From contig CDRNST010000213.1 of assembly GCA_977016875.1 (NCBI GenBank), positions 310,001 through 374,000 of the forward strand: 64,000 nucleotides of DNA, given 5' to 3'. Positions within the stretch are counted from its first letter, which is position 1. Every line of letters starts with the position of its first letter. This DNA comes from Pavona decussata (lineage: Eukaryota). The position numbers were made by a program, and so were the translations under genes. The notes under the pieces are model-generated. The model saw only the letters and a program-made list of their open reading frames with translations, did no database searches and was not told the origin of the DNA. Below, piece after piece: positions 36,845-50,655 of the stretch.

Positions 36845-39800
36845 TTATAGAAAAGGTTCAGTTCCAGTAATTGTCGAGGCTAAATACGTTTCAAAGTCAC
36901 GAGACATTCCAACCTTTTATTCTAAGAGTCCGCACCCATTTAACAATGATATGCGGCTCGAATATTTAATAATATTTGTTTCGCTCATAAGCGTGAGTCT
37001 TAACTGAAAGCAATTCATCAGCTTTTGGTCCTACTGTTAAGTATATTTTTCAATAACTTGAAGCCGGTCGTTTTTCAATTTTCTGCTCGGGTATACTAAG
37101 ATTGAAAGCAGGTTTTTAAAAACTCCCAGAAGTCGAATCTCAAACATTAAACATTTTTGAAACACTTCCGGTGTCAGAGGCTAAAATTAACGCAATGATA
37201 GTATATGTGACGCGAACACCTCTGATATGCAAATGAGTACTTTGACACAATTGACAGTAATGACACAAGTTTGGCATATCCAGTGTGCTCGAATTACGAA
37301 AAAGAAATGAAATTAAAAAATGAAAGAGTAAGCTCGTTACTGAAACTTACGCAGCATGAAATGAAAGAAGAAAATATCTCTTTGGATGCACAACACAGCG
37401 AGAAATGATCGAAAGCGGGACGATATTGATTCTTATACTGTTGAACGATTTTGCCGAATGTTTTGCTTTCCTTAATCAGCAAACCGGAACGAGATGTTTT
37501 CCATTTTGGGGGAACGTAAAACCTGTAAAATGACGAAAGATACCTGCTTCAACTGAAGTATTTCAAATTCTAAGCTGATAAGGGTTGTTTTCAGCTTAGC
37601 TTTCGATCCATTTGTAGAGGAACTGAAATTGATTGAAAATACAGGTATTAGATTATTCCACGTGGTCGAAAAGACTTCCGTTTCTGGGCAAGTCTGATAT
37701 GCGTGTAATATTTTGCTGAATTTCCTTTTCCTTTTTGAAAATGACTATCCTCCCTTTTATTTATTAATTCTTCAGCTTTATTCTGGAACACAATTATAAC
37801 TTCATGTATAAGAGCGCACAACGTTTTGATCGGTGACGGCTGAAACACTGGAAACACCGAATACAGACATGTTTCCCCGTTTCCATGCAATATGCTTCAG
37901 AGTTAATGGTTATTACCGCTGTGATAACCTTAATTTTTTTTTTCTTCTAACAAGTGACAGAGACATTCGAAAATTAGACGTTACGTTGGCGTGCAAGAAA
38001 CGCCTCGCTTGGATAATGATAAAGGTTCGAAACCAACGTCTTTTATCAGCGGATAGCTAGCCTTAAGGCACAGGACAGGGGAGTGGGTTCTCTAAGGGCA
38101 GAGGGGGTGCCCCTTCGTGAATTACATCACCACGATATTTCATAGTTTATAACCAACACATCTGTCCTAACTCTCGCTGTTAAAAAAAATAAAACTTTCA
38201 TTTACTTTGCACTGAATGAAAGTGAAAATATATTCCAGAACTCGACCACAACAAACTTCTTGCAAAATTTCTGCAGGTTCCTTAGAAACTTCCCTCCCAA
38301 AAGGAGGACCGGCTTCCGGTAAAAACGCGGTGCTTTGCGCCAGCACAACTCAGCTGATAAACACTGGTTCAGACAATTATTGAGCAACACTTTATAGAGA
38401 CCTTCAATCCGAGTTGCTTTACATCGGGTTCGGAATATGTAAAGCGAGTTTGACGTTAGAGCCGGGCGTAATCCGGTCATTTAGAGTAATTCAAAAGAAC
38501 ATCAATGGTCGCCTCTCGTACGATAGGGTTAGAGTTGTTTACAAGCCGGTGGGCCTTCCAGGGTAGATTCATTTTGTGATTGACTTTCTGAATGTGGAAC
38601 AGTAAATGATGTACGAGTCACAAGTGTAAGTTTTTTGGGCAGTTGTGTGTGATCGTCCGGCAGAGGGAAGCCGGATTGTACACACATGATGACATTGGCT
38701 ATCTACGGGTGCCACCATTAAGATTCCTTTTGGGGCTTTCGCTGAACCGGACAATTACACGAAGTAGACATAACACCAAAACACTGTGCAAGCACATTTT
38801 TGTGATATAAGAAATGCGGCTTATTCCAGCTAGATCGAGTGCACGCCCTGTCTGACACGCGGCTCAACAAGGGCGCCACACCTTGAACAAAAATAGCATG
38901 AACTTCAACTTCCGTGTGAAATTGAACCGAATCAAATCTTCTATTTGAAATCAGTACCAAAATTTAGTTCTCCTAAAGGAGTGGCTGCATCTTTGAATGT
39001 TAATCGTGAGAAGAGATTGTTGTATTATCACTGCGATCTACATATATTTTTTCTTGTTGTCAGCTTCGAGAAATGTAATGTTGATAGTCAAAGAGGAGAC
39101 CTTGCTTCTAACCCCAGGATGTTTTTAGTACTATTAAAATTATTACACTGTAAAAGTGATAGCAAAACTGGACGTTTTAGCTAATTCATTCCAGCGTCCA
39201 AGGAAGTCAGCAAAATTGCCCTAAATTGTTGGTTACTATAAAAGATGACCTCGACTTGGCCTTCGTTTACACAAGTTTCAGCCATTTGGCGGATGGCAGC
39301 TGACGGTTGCTGAAATTCATTGCCAATCAGTTGTAATTGTCTTGTGGAAAATTCTAACCGCGGACACCTGTAGATAAACAGCGTTTAAATGCGTTTAAAG
39401 GTCTCTGTTATAAAATCATCCACAAGTTAGAGCTTCCCATCTGATGTAGTCCAAAGACGAAACCGGAAAATGCAACAACGGGCACGAGAGAAACTCGAAA
39501 ATTTTAGCGGAGCTACGCGTACCATGAGTAAGAAAAAATGGTAACCCGTCGATGGGAGAAATTTTGGTTTTGGCTATGATATCTGACTTCAGTCCGTCTG
39601 TACGCAGCACCGCATTTTGCTGTTTCACTCGTCTCTGTGTACCTTGTAGAAGAGGAGATAGTTTTTTTTATATATTTGGTGTGACGACACAAATTCCCGC
39701 TCGTCGTTAAACTTTGCTTGCAAACCGAAATTACTCATCAGTAGATAGCACATCATAAACACTTTTGTAGGGAAATTCATCCTTAAATGCAGAGTATTTT

Positions 39801-42800
39801 ACCGTTTCAATCCTTTCTGTGCGCCCATTAGAACCAGAGATATCACATTTTATGTTTAACATGACGCCACACTTTCACTCCTTGTTTACAATTCCGGCCG
39901 CGGGATCAGGTAAAGCACTGTGTAGCGACTTTGTTCGTGTCTTTACTCAATGTATTGATGCAGCGGTCGATCAGTTGGAATCCAGTCAACAAAACTCTAT
40001 GCACTTTGAGCGAGATCCTGTCCTGAATATTTAAGCAGAATTATACTAGAAATAGTTTACACTACAACTTCCCCCGCTGTTTCTGACGCGAGAATTCAAT
40101 TGGAAAATGATGTGATGTGTGATGTGGTGCCAATTCGCACCTTTACATCCGACAATGTTGCCTTGAAAATAGAGAAAATCTCGAAACTAATTAGCAGGCA
40201 AAAAGACTAAGGTTACTCAACAATGCGACCGAATTGCAATGTATCTCTAACAAGTTGTTCACTGACGTAGCAATCAGGTTGAAAAAATAACACTCACGAG
40301 TGAGGAGTACGGAGGTACCGAATTTTCTTACAAGTTTTAAAAAAACTCATCGTTGCTTACTAAGTCAACAATGTTTAACAAGTTTTGTCACGTCATCACA
40401 ATAGTGTTCAAAATTAAATCGCAATAGAGGATTTGGGTTTGTATTGATTATCTACGAGCTTTCGTGAATGAAGAGGACCCACCCTCATATGTAAAGCGGT
40501 GACGTTTGTATCAAAATAAGGTCAACTCCAGCCTCGCTTTCACTCCTGGGCCAGGTTACCAGGCATACAGTGACTGTCAATGGGCTATTTGATACTCGGC
40601 AAGTTTTCACCTTGATCATGATTCGTTTTGTTGTTAAATGACTCTGTTTTGCCAGCTTTTGGACTAAGAAAATTTCACATATGCTATCGTACATGCGAGC
40701 AGTGCAGTCAGCCTAAAATTTGTCAAAAGATGGGTCCGGCTTGCTATCAGTGAGTTCAATTTGACGATTAAATAAACAGATAAAGATTAACAAAAAAATA
40801 CATATTAGTTTCTACATAGTAGCCTCTATTGCGGGACAAGATAAAAGATAAAAAATATCAAACTTTTCTGAATTGTTCAGATAGTAAGTTATAGCAGATA
40901 ACATCCATTATTTATACGTCTATGGGGGTGTCGATCGATTTTCTATGGGGGTATAAAAAAATAGGAATGTCGATGGATTTTCGTATGAAACCAGGTTAAA
41001 ATATCGGATCCCCCCTCAACTTATTCTCTCTTATATTTTCCTGTACCCCCAAATGGACACCATAATTCCCTGTACCCCCCCCCCCCCCTTCGCCCCTTCC
41101 CATTCCTTCCATTCCCAGCACACCAATCATTACACCTCCTCGTTTGATGTCGCGGTGACATCTCAAGTTTGCAATTCACAAATATTGCATATTTTGAAAT
41201 TGACAAAAATTATTTCCACTGCGTCAATCAACGAACAATGTTTTTCAGGTTCGAAACATTTTAGCAACTAATTACTCCGTGCGCGAGAAAAAGCTATGTC
41301 TGCGAAAGCGCAGAAATATCCTGGAGACTGAAAAACAATGCATGATCTCAAAACGTCCCGGGGGAGGACTGGGTGCATACTCTTCGGGATGTTTTATTTA
41401 ATCTTGGGGTCTTGTTTAATGGCTGGAGATGAAAACATCTGCCCCGTGCTGTGGAGTGTAGTAACTATACTCACACCTGCAATATTATAGCAAAAATATC
41501 CGGCCGGCATGGAACTCGTCATGATATTCGATCAGCGTACGGTGAAAACTGAGCTCAAGGGCAAGCTATTTAGTGTGAAATTTCGAGAATTTTTTTCGCA
41601 AAAAGTAATTATCCCTTCAAACGAAAATCCGTTTCCTCGGGTGTCCACGTGTTTTGCCAGCTTTTAGTTTTTAGTTTGCTCAGTCTGCAAAAGCCTTCTT
41701 TGCAAAGGTTAAATGGAATGGATGAATTAAACTAAGTTCCCTTGGATGATCATTTTGCACTTTTTAATGATTTTAATAATGTTGGACGCAAATTATGTAA
41801 TTTCCGCTCACGTTAAATATATGAGCAGTAAACGCAAACTTTTAATTACACAAAGAAACAGAGTTGTTGAGACAACGGGAAAAAAATTATTTTAACTCGA
41901 AGTATAAAAATTCAAAACGTAAACAATGTTGGTGGAATTGTCGCTAAACGTAGGGGTTAAGCGAAGGAATCTGGTCACTTCGACTGAGTGTTCTTCACAG
42001 TGTACATGATATCGGTGAGTCTGTACCCTGACTAAAACAATGCTTTCTCCTTTCTGGAGTGTATCGAGAAGTTGGAGCGAAACTAATTTAAATTAAGGTC
42101 GCGGAAATTAACGCGCCAGTTAATTAATGAAGCGTAAATTAACGTTCAAAAATTCACGCTACTTAAATTATAATGAATGCTTAGAATTCGCGTTAATGTC
42201 ATGAAGTGTTAAGGTAATCTCTACTACAAATCGAAGATTACTATCGATTTTGGTCATCTGCAATCAATGGGAAAACAGTCGGGTCAAATAAAGAAAGCCG
42301 AAGATATACAAGTGAATTATCCTCAAACTATGAAAGAATGCCCATGGTGAGTTTGTTCAGGCTCCTTCATAAAAAGTCGGAAGTGGAAAGAAAACCGAAA
42401 ATGTGGAAAAGAGGGGTGCGGGGGACGATAAGAAAAGCGAGAAAGGGAGAGCCTCCCTCCTTTCTCATAGCTCCTCGTTTATTCACTCTCTCTAGTCCCT
42501 TGCTTGTCTCCGCTCGAGCGCGAAAGAGGCCCCTGCGGAGGTGAGTGAGGTGAATTCTAGTAGCGTGAAGCTTGGGCTGCCTGTGTCTCCACTCCTTCCT
42601 CAATGAAGTAATAAAGTCCCTCCCCTCTGTCACAGTTAGATGAAAGGCTGTAAATGAAATGGGGTTTGAAAATTTAAACAAACATACAAGCAAACAATCA
42701 AGTGCAAAAGAAAAACTTTACAATCCAGAAGGACAAATGGCCGAGACTAAACTCAAGTTTCGATAAGAATAAAAACCAGGCTTTGCAGCGGTTACCAGTA

Positions 42801-44656
42801 ACACCGGCGCGGCCTACCGCCATCAAAAGAGTCGGATTAAGTTGTGTTTTGGCGGACATCAATCAAGAAAGCCAAACTTTGATGGAAGGAGACAGGACTG
42901 ATGAATTCGAATACGCTCAACAGGCCAATCAGCGAACTCGCAGCACTTCACTTTCTATTAGAAACCCCTCGTTATACCCTGTGTGAACATTTGAATAAAC
43001 CTGGGCGAAAAAATTGACCCTTTTGGTCTCGTCATGTGTAATTTAGCTCAAAATCCATCGACTGGCCAAACTACTCTGAAATGTCGGCTGTTGTAAAAAC
43101 AAACAAACAGAAACTGTAACTTCAATTAAACCTGGACTACCATGTCTCATTTACACTGATGAACTTCCAAAAACTCAGTAATAATTCATAACCCCATTGA
43201 CCTATCAAATGGTCGATAAACTCACGTGCAGTGGTTTTAAAGACCCGATAAAACCTCCTCCTTATTAGTATGCGATGTTCAATGTTTTTCTCGTATGCTA
43301 ATTTCCAACGTTCACAAAAGCATCATTGTTATCAACTCTCTTGACACAGGCTTTTCCAGGAATGTTTTTGAAGCCGTTCAAAAAACTCGCAGCACGCGTT
43401 TTATCGGGTCTAAAGCTCACGATAACTGACGAGATTCCACTGACAACGGGGTTAAAAAACCGAAGTAAATAAATAAATAAAAATACAACTAGAAATAAAT
43501 TACTAAGTGTTTAATATATTACACAACTATAAACTTTACATTGTTCTTCGCATCAAAACGACGATACAATTTTCGGTACAAACTTGTATAGGACAGTATA
43601 AACTTTTACCAAAGTTGACTTTGAACAGATTATATATTAATTATTAAATAATTTTAAAAAGTCTATAATTAATTTACAGTTAAATACAATTTATAAAATT
43701 TTAGCTAATAATTGTTCTTTTCTCACGAATGCGAAATTGCAGAATATTTCCCAAGCACAGTAGCGTCTGTTCAAAGACTGATCGTACTTGTGCAGACATT
43801 GATTATGATAAATATTAAAATGAACACATTGCCACAAACCGTTGAAAAGGGTCCAGTTGTTTTCCTAGCGGTCATCAAAGAATTATAAGTTAACAAAACT
43901 TTTGCATAAAGTTTGCAAGTAATGAAATGGGCTAATCCCACAAGTTTCTTCATATATGCCACACAATAATGTCACTCCCTCAAACTATCGCAAGCATAGA
44001 GTTTGCAAGAAAAGTTGAGCTGTCATTTTCTCTAGTTATAGAATACAGCTGCTTCAATTAACGTTGTTGGAAAGCCTTCGCGACAAGACCGCATGGTGAT
44101 ATGGAAAATTTGTCAACAAATGAAACAAATTCAGCTATAGTTCACGCCAACAGAAACGAAATAACAGAGGCAAATGACATTAGTGTTTTCAATAATTCTA
44201 CAGCCCTGACAACCATACAATTACAGTCAAATTACAAAAGATTTACAGCAACCCATACCCTTTTGGTCTTGTTGCGTCAGCTATCCGGCAACGTTAATTG
44301 AAATAGTTTATCTAGCTTAAAACGCCAATTTTGTAGCAAGTTGCATTGAGGACATCGTTAAGACACTACGAAATCAAAGCTTACCACTTCTGAAACAGGT
44401 TTTACGAGTTCATGATCAGTTACCAGTTATAAATTATAACTACTTCCTGAACGGCGTACCTCCTTCCAATAGAGAAACAAGAAACTAGGAAAAAAACGGA
44501 CACTGGAAAGCAACTACTACAGGCGATTTCATATGGGTAAGCTACAGAAACTTTTATCACCAGTGTGTATAATTTTTAATTTGTTAGCAAATAAGCGACG
44601 TTTGTCTGTGCTCTGTGCTGTGCACTATCTAGCTCGCACAGTTCCTCGCTCGGCCC

Positions 44657-47600
44657 TTATCTCGGTCTGAACGGAGGATAACGTGTATGGCAGAAATTTT
44701 CGGGCAGTGACCAGGGGCCTGGTATTAGAGGAGGAGGTGGAGTTAAAACGGGGCGACCCCGGTTTTGGCTAGGAACTGAACAGGATCTTTCCCGGTCTGG
44801 GAAACCTGGATGAACCTGTTCAAACCGCACTTGGTCCGCTCTCGGATCATGTGGACTAAGGGATCTCTGTGGGCCCCAGCGAGGATCTTCTGGAGTCAAA
44901 TGATGTCCTCTGCTATTTACGTGAAGAGGTGGAGGCTGAGGAGAACGCCAACAACGATAGGGGAGCTGCTCGTTCACTGTTCTTAAACGTTGCCTCTCTC
45001 TAATACAATGCAGCTGTGGGAATTGGTGGTCGAACTGATCTCTCTCTGAGTAAGGTCTGTAAAAATGGTATTCTCTGTTGTAAAATTCCCTCGATGACTC
45101 CCGCGCCTTATGTTCGCGCCATAATCCACTCTCCAAAGAGACCAGTGGTGGTGGAGGAGTCAACTTCGGTCGCTTTCTTCCCTTTTCAAACATTTGTTTC
45201 CCCCACCATTCAGGTTCTGATGGAAGCTTCCTCTTCATATTTTGTATCCTGTTGTCTCTGTGCAAATGTTTGATATCTCTCAAAGGTTCAGTTTTCACCC
45301 GAGTATCTCTGTAAAGAGCAGCACAATCATTATTTGTGCTCTTTTCTCTTTGGTGGTGAGCCTCAAAGTTTTTAGACGAACACGGCCCCATCAAAGAAGA
45401 GTGGAGTGCTTCTAGTTTCTTGGAAGCTGCTGCAGAGGACTTTTCGTCCTTCGCACCCTTTGCACTTTCTTCCGTAGATTTCACAGCTGTTTTAGATGAG
45501 CTAGCACTCTTTAACTCAGTGGTTTTAAGTGACTCTTCTCCCTTAACAGTGCTTTCATCCACCTTGCTGTCCCTCGCAGTTTTTCCACTTTCCAAAGTAG
45601 ACTGCCCTGTTGTGTCTTGACTGTGACTCTTTACCTCAACGCCTTTAACTGTCTGAACAGCCTCCACAGGTTCTATTTCCAGCTTTTTGACGTTGGGAGC
45701 CATTCTGTTTTCTTCCGTAGATTTCACAAGTAAGTCGTCTGTTTTATATGGGCTACCACTCTTTACCTCGTTGTTTTTCTCTGATTTCGCCGCCTTCATG
45801 TTCAGCATGGTGGTAGTAGAGCCTTGGCTATTTTTGCTTTCATTCCTCCTTCTGTCTGTTGTCAAAATCTTCGCTTTAGTTGAGACTGCGGTTGCCTCGG
45901 TTAATGAACAGCCCGTTGTGTTTTCATGAGGAATTTCCCTGCCATTTTCGTTTTTGGAAAGCTGCACATTCCCAGAGCAAATCTTATTTTCCACGCTCTC
46001 TGTGACATTTTCAAGACGTGCCAGTTTCCCTTCCATGGCTGCTGAGCTCTGCGATGAACAACACAACTTCACTGATTCCGATCCTTTTTTCGTTTCCATT
46101 TCAATGTCTATTTCTTTCTCCTTTTCATCTGTTAAGCAGGGCACCTTCTCTGACAATTTCACTTGTTTCTCTACTTGTGTCACATTATTAGGATGCTTCT
46201 CCTCTAACAGGTCCGACAAAGAAATCCTTTCTCTTGCTATGTCAAATGTGTTTATTTCATTTTCTTGCTCCTGAAGTGAATGCAACCTTTCTCTCTCTCC
46301 CTTTTCTGAGCATTCCTCAATTCGATGGACTTCACACGACCATTCTTCTGGTTTCATCATTGTATTTCTCTCTAATATATGAGTGAGATTCAGATTCTCG
46401 GGAGCTGCAACTGATCTATGAGGTGAAGCCGTTTTCGTGCAGCATTTTTCCTTCTTAGGTGAGTCAGAGAAAGACGTCTCTCGTGTCTGAGGTGTCACCA
46501 AGTTCTCAGGATCGATCGTGAGCGTTTCTTTTGTTTCTTCTACGTAGTTTGGCTTTTGTATTTTTAAAATACCACCTAAACAGTCTTTCTCGCAATTTTG
46601 CAATTGCTTACAGGAACTGTCTACTGCCATGACGTCTCCATTTACACATCCGAGCGTCCCGAAAAATTCATTTACGAATTCGAAATTTGTTGATTCTTTG
46701 ACAAGACCTGGCGCGGATCCTGCATTTTTGACTGCCTGTGAATCTACACCGCATGACTCATTGGTATCCCTTTCGTATATTGAACTTTTACCCTCGTTGC
46801 ATTCCTCAGGTGGGCATGTTTCAGGCACGTGTTTTTCCATAGACGACACGCCTGTTTCCACATCTAAATTCGGGCAAAGCACGATCTGTGGTACTAGAGC
46901 ATGCCATTCACAGGTGTTACATTCATCTTTTGAACTCGCATCTTCGATGTGTTCCTTACTTGGCCTTGCTTTAGACACGAGTTCTTCCGAAGGCGGCAAC
47001 ATTGTTTCCGAATTAACACCCGGGGGCAGCACGAGCTCAGGTACCACACCTCGAAATCTCTGCTCGACAATGGCGGTCTCCTCCTGAATTGTTCTTGTTA
47101 TGTTCTCACCAGTAGCGTGATCATGGAAACCAGAATGTCCTGGAAACCTAAACGAGAACGTTTTTGACGGCGCTGCTGGCGAACACACCACGGCTTCCGG
47201 TTCCGAAATGTCGCAATCCTCAACAGCTCGCCAGGCTGCACCTGTGCTTGATGCAACAGCTTCATTTGTGTCGATAGTATCTTGCTCCATATCTAGTTGA
47301 CAAGACCTCTTTACTTCGAGTTGCGCTTTACTGCAATCGTCAGCACCCCCTTGAAATCCCCAGTCTTCTATTAACGACATTTCAACAACGCCACCCAGAC
47401 AAGAAGTTGCTTGCTCTGGTAGACCACTGACGTCTTTCTTCAAAGCGGTAGAACTGACAACGGGTGTTTTAAAGTCCGTTGCTGAAGACGCGACAGCATT
47501 CTCCACCCCTAAAGAATCGATATGTTCCAACGTTTCGCCGTTAGAGTCGTTGCTGCGTGTCACTGATGGACTAACAGTCAATATGCGTGACATGTTGCTG

Positions 47601-50600
47601 ACAGAGTTTATGGTGGACGAACGTTTCGTTTTTGAGATAGTATCAGACTCATTCAGATTTGTCGCTGCTTCAAAAGCGTCTTGCAACGTTTTCAATCGAT
47701 GGATGGACACCTTTGGCGATTTTCGGGGTGAGAGTGAAAAGGCAGAAACTTTACCGCACCTAAGTGCAGTACAGAACACCACACTTTCTTGCTCGCTCGG
47801 AGAACAGATTTGCGCCTTGGTGTCTAACTTTGACGCTGGCGACACAGGGTGCTGTATCCACCCCTGCGATGCATCCGTTCTGTTACCGAAAGTAGGAGAG
47901 GGAGAACCAAGCCTCTCAAGGGAGAGGCTTGGGCATGACTGCGGCACAGAATAGCATGTCTCTTCTAAAGTGTCTTCTTTTGTCCCAGCGGCTTTCTGCT
48001 TGCTAGAATTAGCATCCTCTGACGAACTTTCAACCGTTTCAACAAGAGAACTTCCCAAAATCTCAAACCTGTCTTCATCACGGTTCTTGGTATTACAATC
48101 GCCGGGTAACCGAATATTTTCTGTTGGCGCACATGGTCTGTTGGGTTGTTCGCACGCGACCGTGATCATCTCCGAATCTTCATTAGTATCCATGTTGACA
48201 GCTTTTAAATTGTCACGAAATTCAGCTCCATCCATGCGTGGGCTTGCGCTGTCGAGTACAACTGACTTTGTTTCGCCCTCGACAGTGTCTTTGGCTTTCA
48301 AAAGGTGGATATTTGCAATTGAATCAGTCGGCTCGATGGACTGAGACTTGATATTCCCAAGAGCCTTGTTCTTAGTATTTCGCTGATGGCCTGAAGCTGA
48401 ACATGACGATCCTAAAACTGTTGAAAGCAACGGCTGATGGGATTCGTTGTGAGACAAGCTCGCAAACATCCTATCATTAGGCATGCGCGCTTGGTTGTTT
48501 CCTCTGAATGGTGTAATATCACCCGATGAGTTTGTGAAACTGTTTGGATGGCTTAATGAGGAAAGGAAACAAGTCTTCAAAGGAACGCATGATTTAGCCT
48601 GACTTAAAACAATTCGACTAGGCAGTGACTCAGAGATATCCATATCAACGATTTCCATATTGTCTTGCCAATCCGAATCTGGCATTTCGATTGTAGAAAT
48701 TGTACATGAAGAACTATTTGACACATCTTCCTCATTGAAGTCTCGTGATTCCAAGTTCGTTGATTCAGAAATTTCCATGTCAACAGTTTCCATGTTATCG
48801 TGTAAGTCCCAATTTGCATAAAGTGGAGCAGGTAAAGATGGAGCATTCTTCAAGCTATACATGGCGATCTCATAATTCAACTCTGATACCTCCGCGTTGG
48901 CCGATTCTGCGATTTTTAGATCAATGCTTGTCCCTTTCTGCGACATCTCCAAGTTGCCGTGGACTTGATGCACTCCTTTGGTATAGTTTAAGTGGTACGC
49001 CAACTGCGATTTCCATTCCTCCAAGTGTGAGTCTATATTATTGGGCGTTTTTTTCCAAGAAGCATCAATGACTCTTCCCACTTCAGAAGGAAGCGATGCT
49101 TTGTCAGTTGTTGACAAACTGTCTACTATTTTCCCTGATAAATCGTCGTACCGCTGTGAAGTATCGGCGCTTGTTGGCGAACTGACCCTAAGAGGATGTA
49201 TCGAGGAACCGTTCTTGCATTTTAACCTTTCGGTTAGTTGCACTGGCGAGTTCTCGGATGCATTAGACAAGAATGGAATACTATCCGAACGAGAGAAAAA
49301 TGAAAGTGGAGAATCGGGCCAAAAAGTCAAGGGACTTTCCCTGAGGAGGCTGGCAGATGAATCTTCACCAGGGGCTTGGGACTCGCTTCTTGTCAGGGAG
49401 GAGCATTCTGACAATGACTGAGCTGGAATAGGTGATGGTGATACGTTGTATTGTCTCCTATCGAAACTTGAGGATGCTGCTACGTCTGTTACACGAGAGG
49501 TGTCTTCACGTACATGTCCAACCGTTAGTGGCGTTAATTCTGGTTTCCTCATTGTAGCGTGAGACCACTCGAGAGGTAAACAAGTTGTGTCATCAATACG
49601 CAGTGGTATTTTGGTTACTCTCTCATCAGTCCTTGAACGTTTACGCCCATCTCCTGTAATAGAACTTTCTTGAAACAAGCGCTGTACCCCCAATGGCGTT
49701 GCTGGGTATTTCCTTGATGCCATGCGGAAACATTCTAATGATGAATGAGCAGACGTAGTACTCCGAGGCGATGCCTCGTACTTTTCTCTCACAGTCGTCT
49801 TACATGTTGGTTCATGTTGGAAGCAAGGATTCCCCTGAAAACGTACTTCAACAGTTGACGGTTTTAACGGCGATTTCGGTGCTGCCGAGAAAGTTTTCGC
49901 TTGATGGTGAATACAACTCGAAGGCCTTAATGGAGGAACGTGCCAGGATGACACGTCCGAACATTGCAAATTTGATGAAGTGTTACAATTAGCTTGTACT
50001 TTAAGAGGTTGCAAGGATTGAGAAGGTTCTTCTTTTGAATCAGAACGGATGAACGCCTTCTTTGACACAGTCGCACACTCGATTGATGTAGCCAGATTAC
50101 TAACGGAACCCTTCAGATTTGACGTAGTAGTATTGGCACGTTCTGTTTCTGATTCATTAAATGAATATTTATCTTGGAATTTCTCATGATCTTTTATTGA
50201 GTCCGAACAAAGACGTAACCACTTAAAAGCAATTGAACTCTTATTGTTAGAAGAATTATGCTCTAACACGCGTGAATTATCAGCAACAAATCTATTTCTA
50301 TGCATACTGCTTTCACCAGAAACCTCTGATAGCATTGCGGGCATAGCTGCAGCCTCTTCCCCTGAACCAAGTCTCTCAGACGAGCTCGCACTTCTGGAAA
50401 TCCTCTGCAAAGCTTTCGTCGTATCTTTGGAAGGACTGTACGAGAACGACATGGACCTTTTCACGACTTGTCGAGGATGTGCGTGTTTGCGACTCAATCC
50501 CAGCGATTTATCTGTTGAAGACACGGCTATCTTGGCCGTGTAACGCGTATTTAAATCTAATCTAATATCCACGGGTGGTGATGTAGACAGAGGCGTTGAC

Positions 50601-50655
50601 TGGCGGCGACACACGATACAGAACATTCTGAGTGGTGACTCTGTTTCACACAATC
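44657..50655 (-). CDS. TASOR: 6-kb terminal coding exon of the TASOR-like gene (Ser/Glu/Thr-rich, predicted disordered; Arg/Pro-rich C-terminus)
   Basis: ORF 44657..50701. The acceptor ttcttacag| at 50656 is in phase with the upstream exon, so the ORF-track Met at 50701 is intronic. Confidence 0.9.

Noticed and set aside
45016-50543. Many plus-strand ORFs of 66-152 aa
   Set aside because: Antisense shadows of the 6-kb coding exon.
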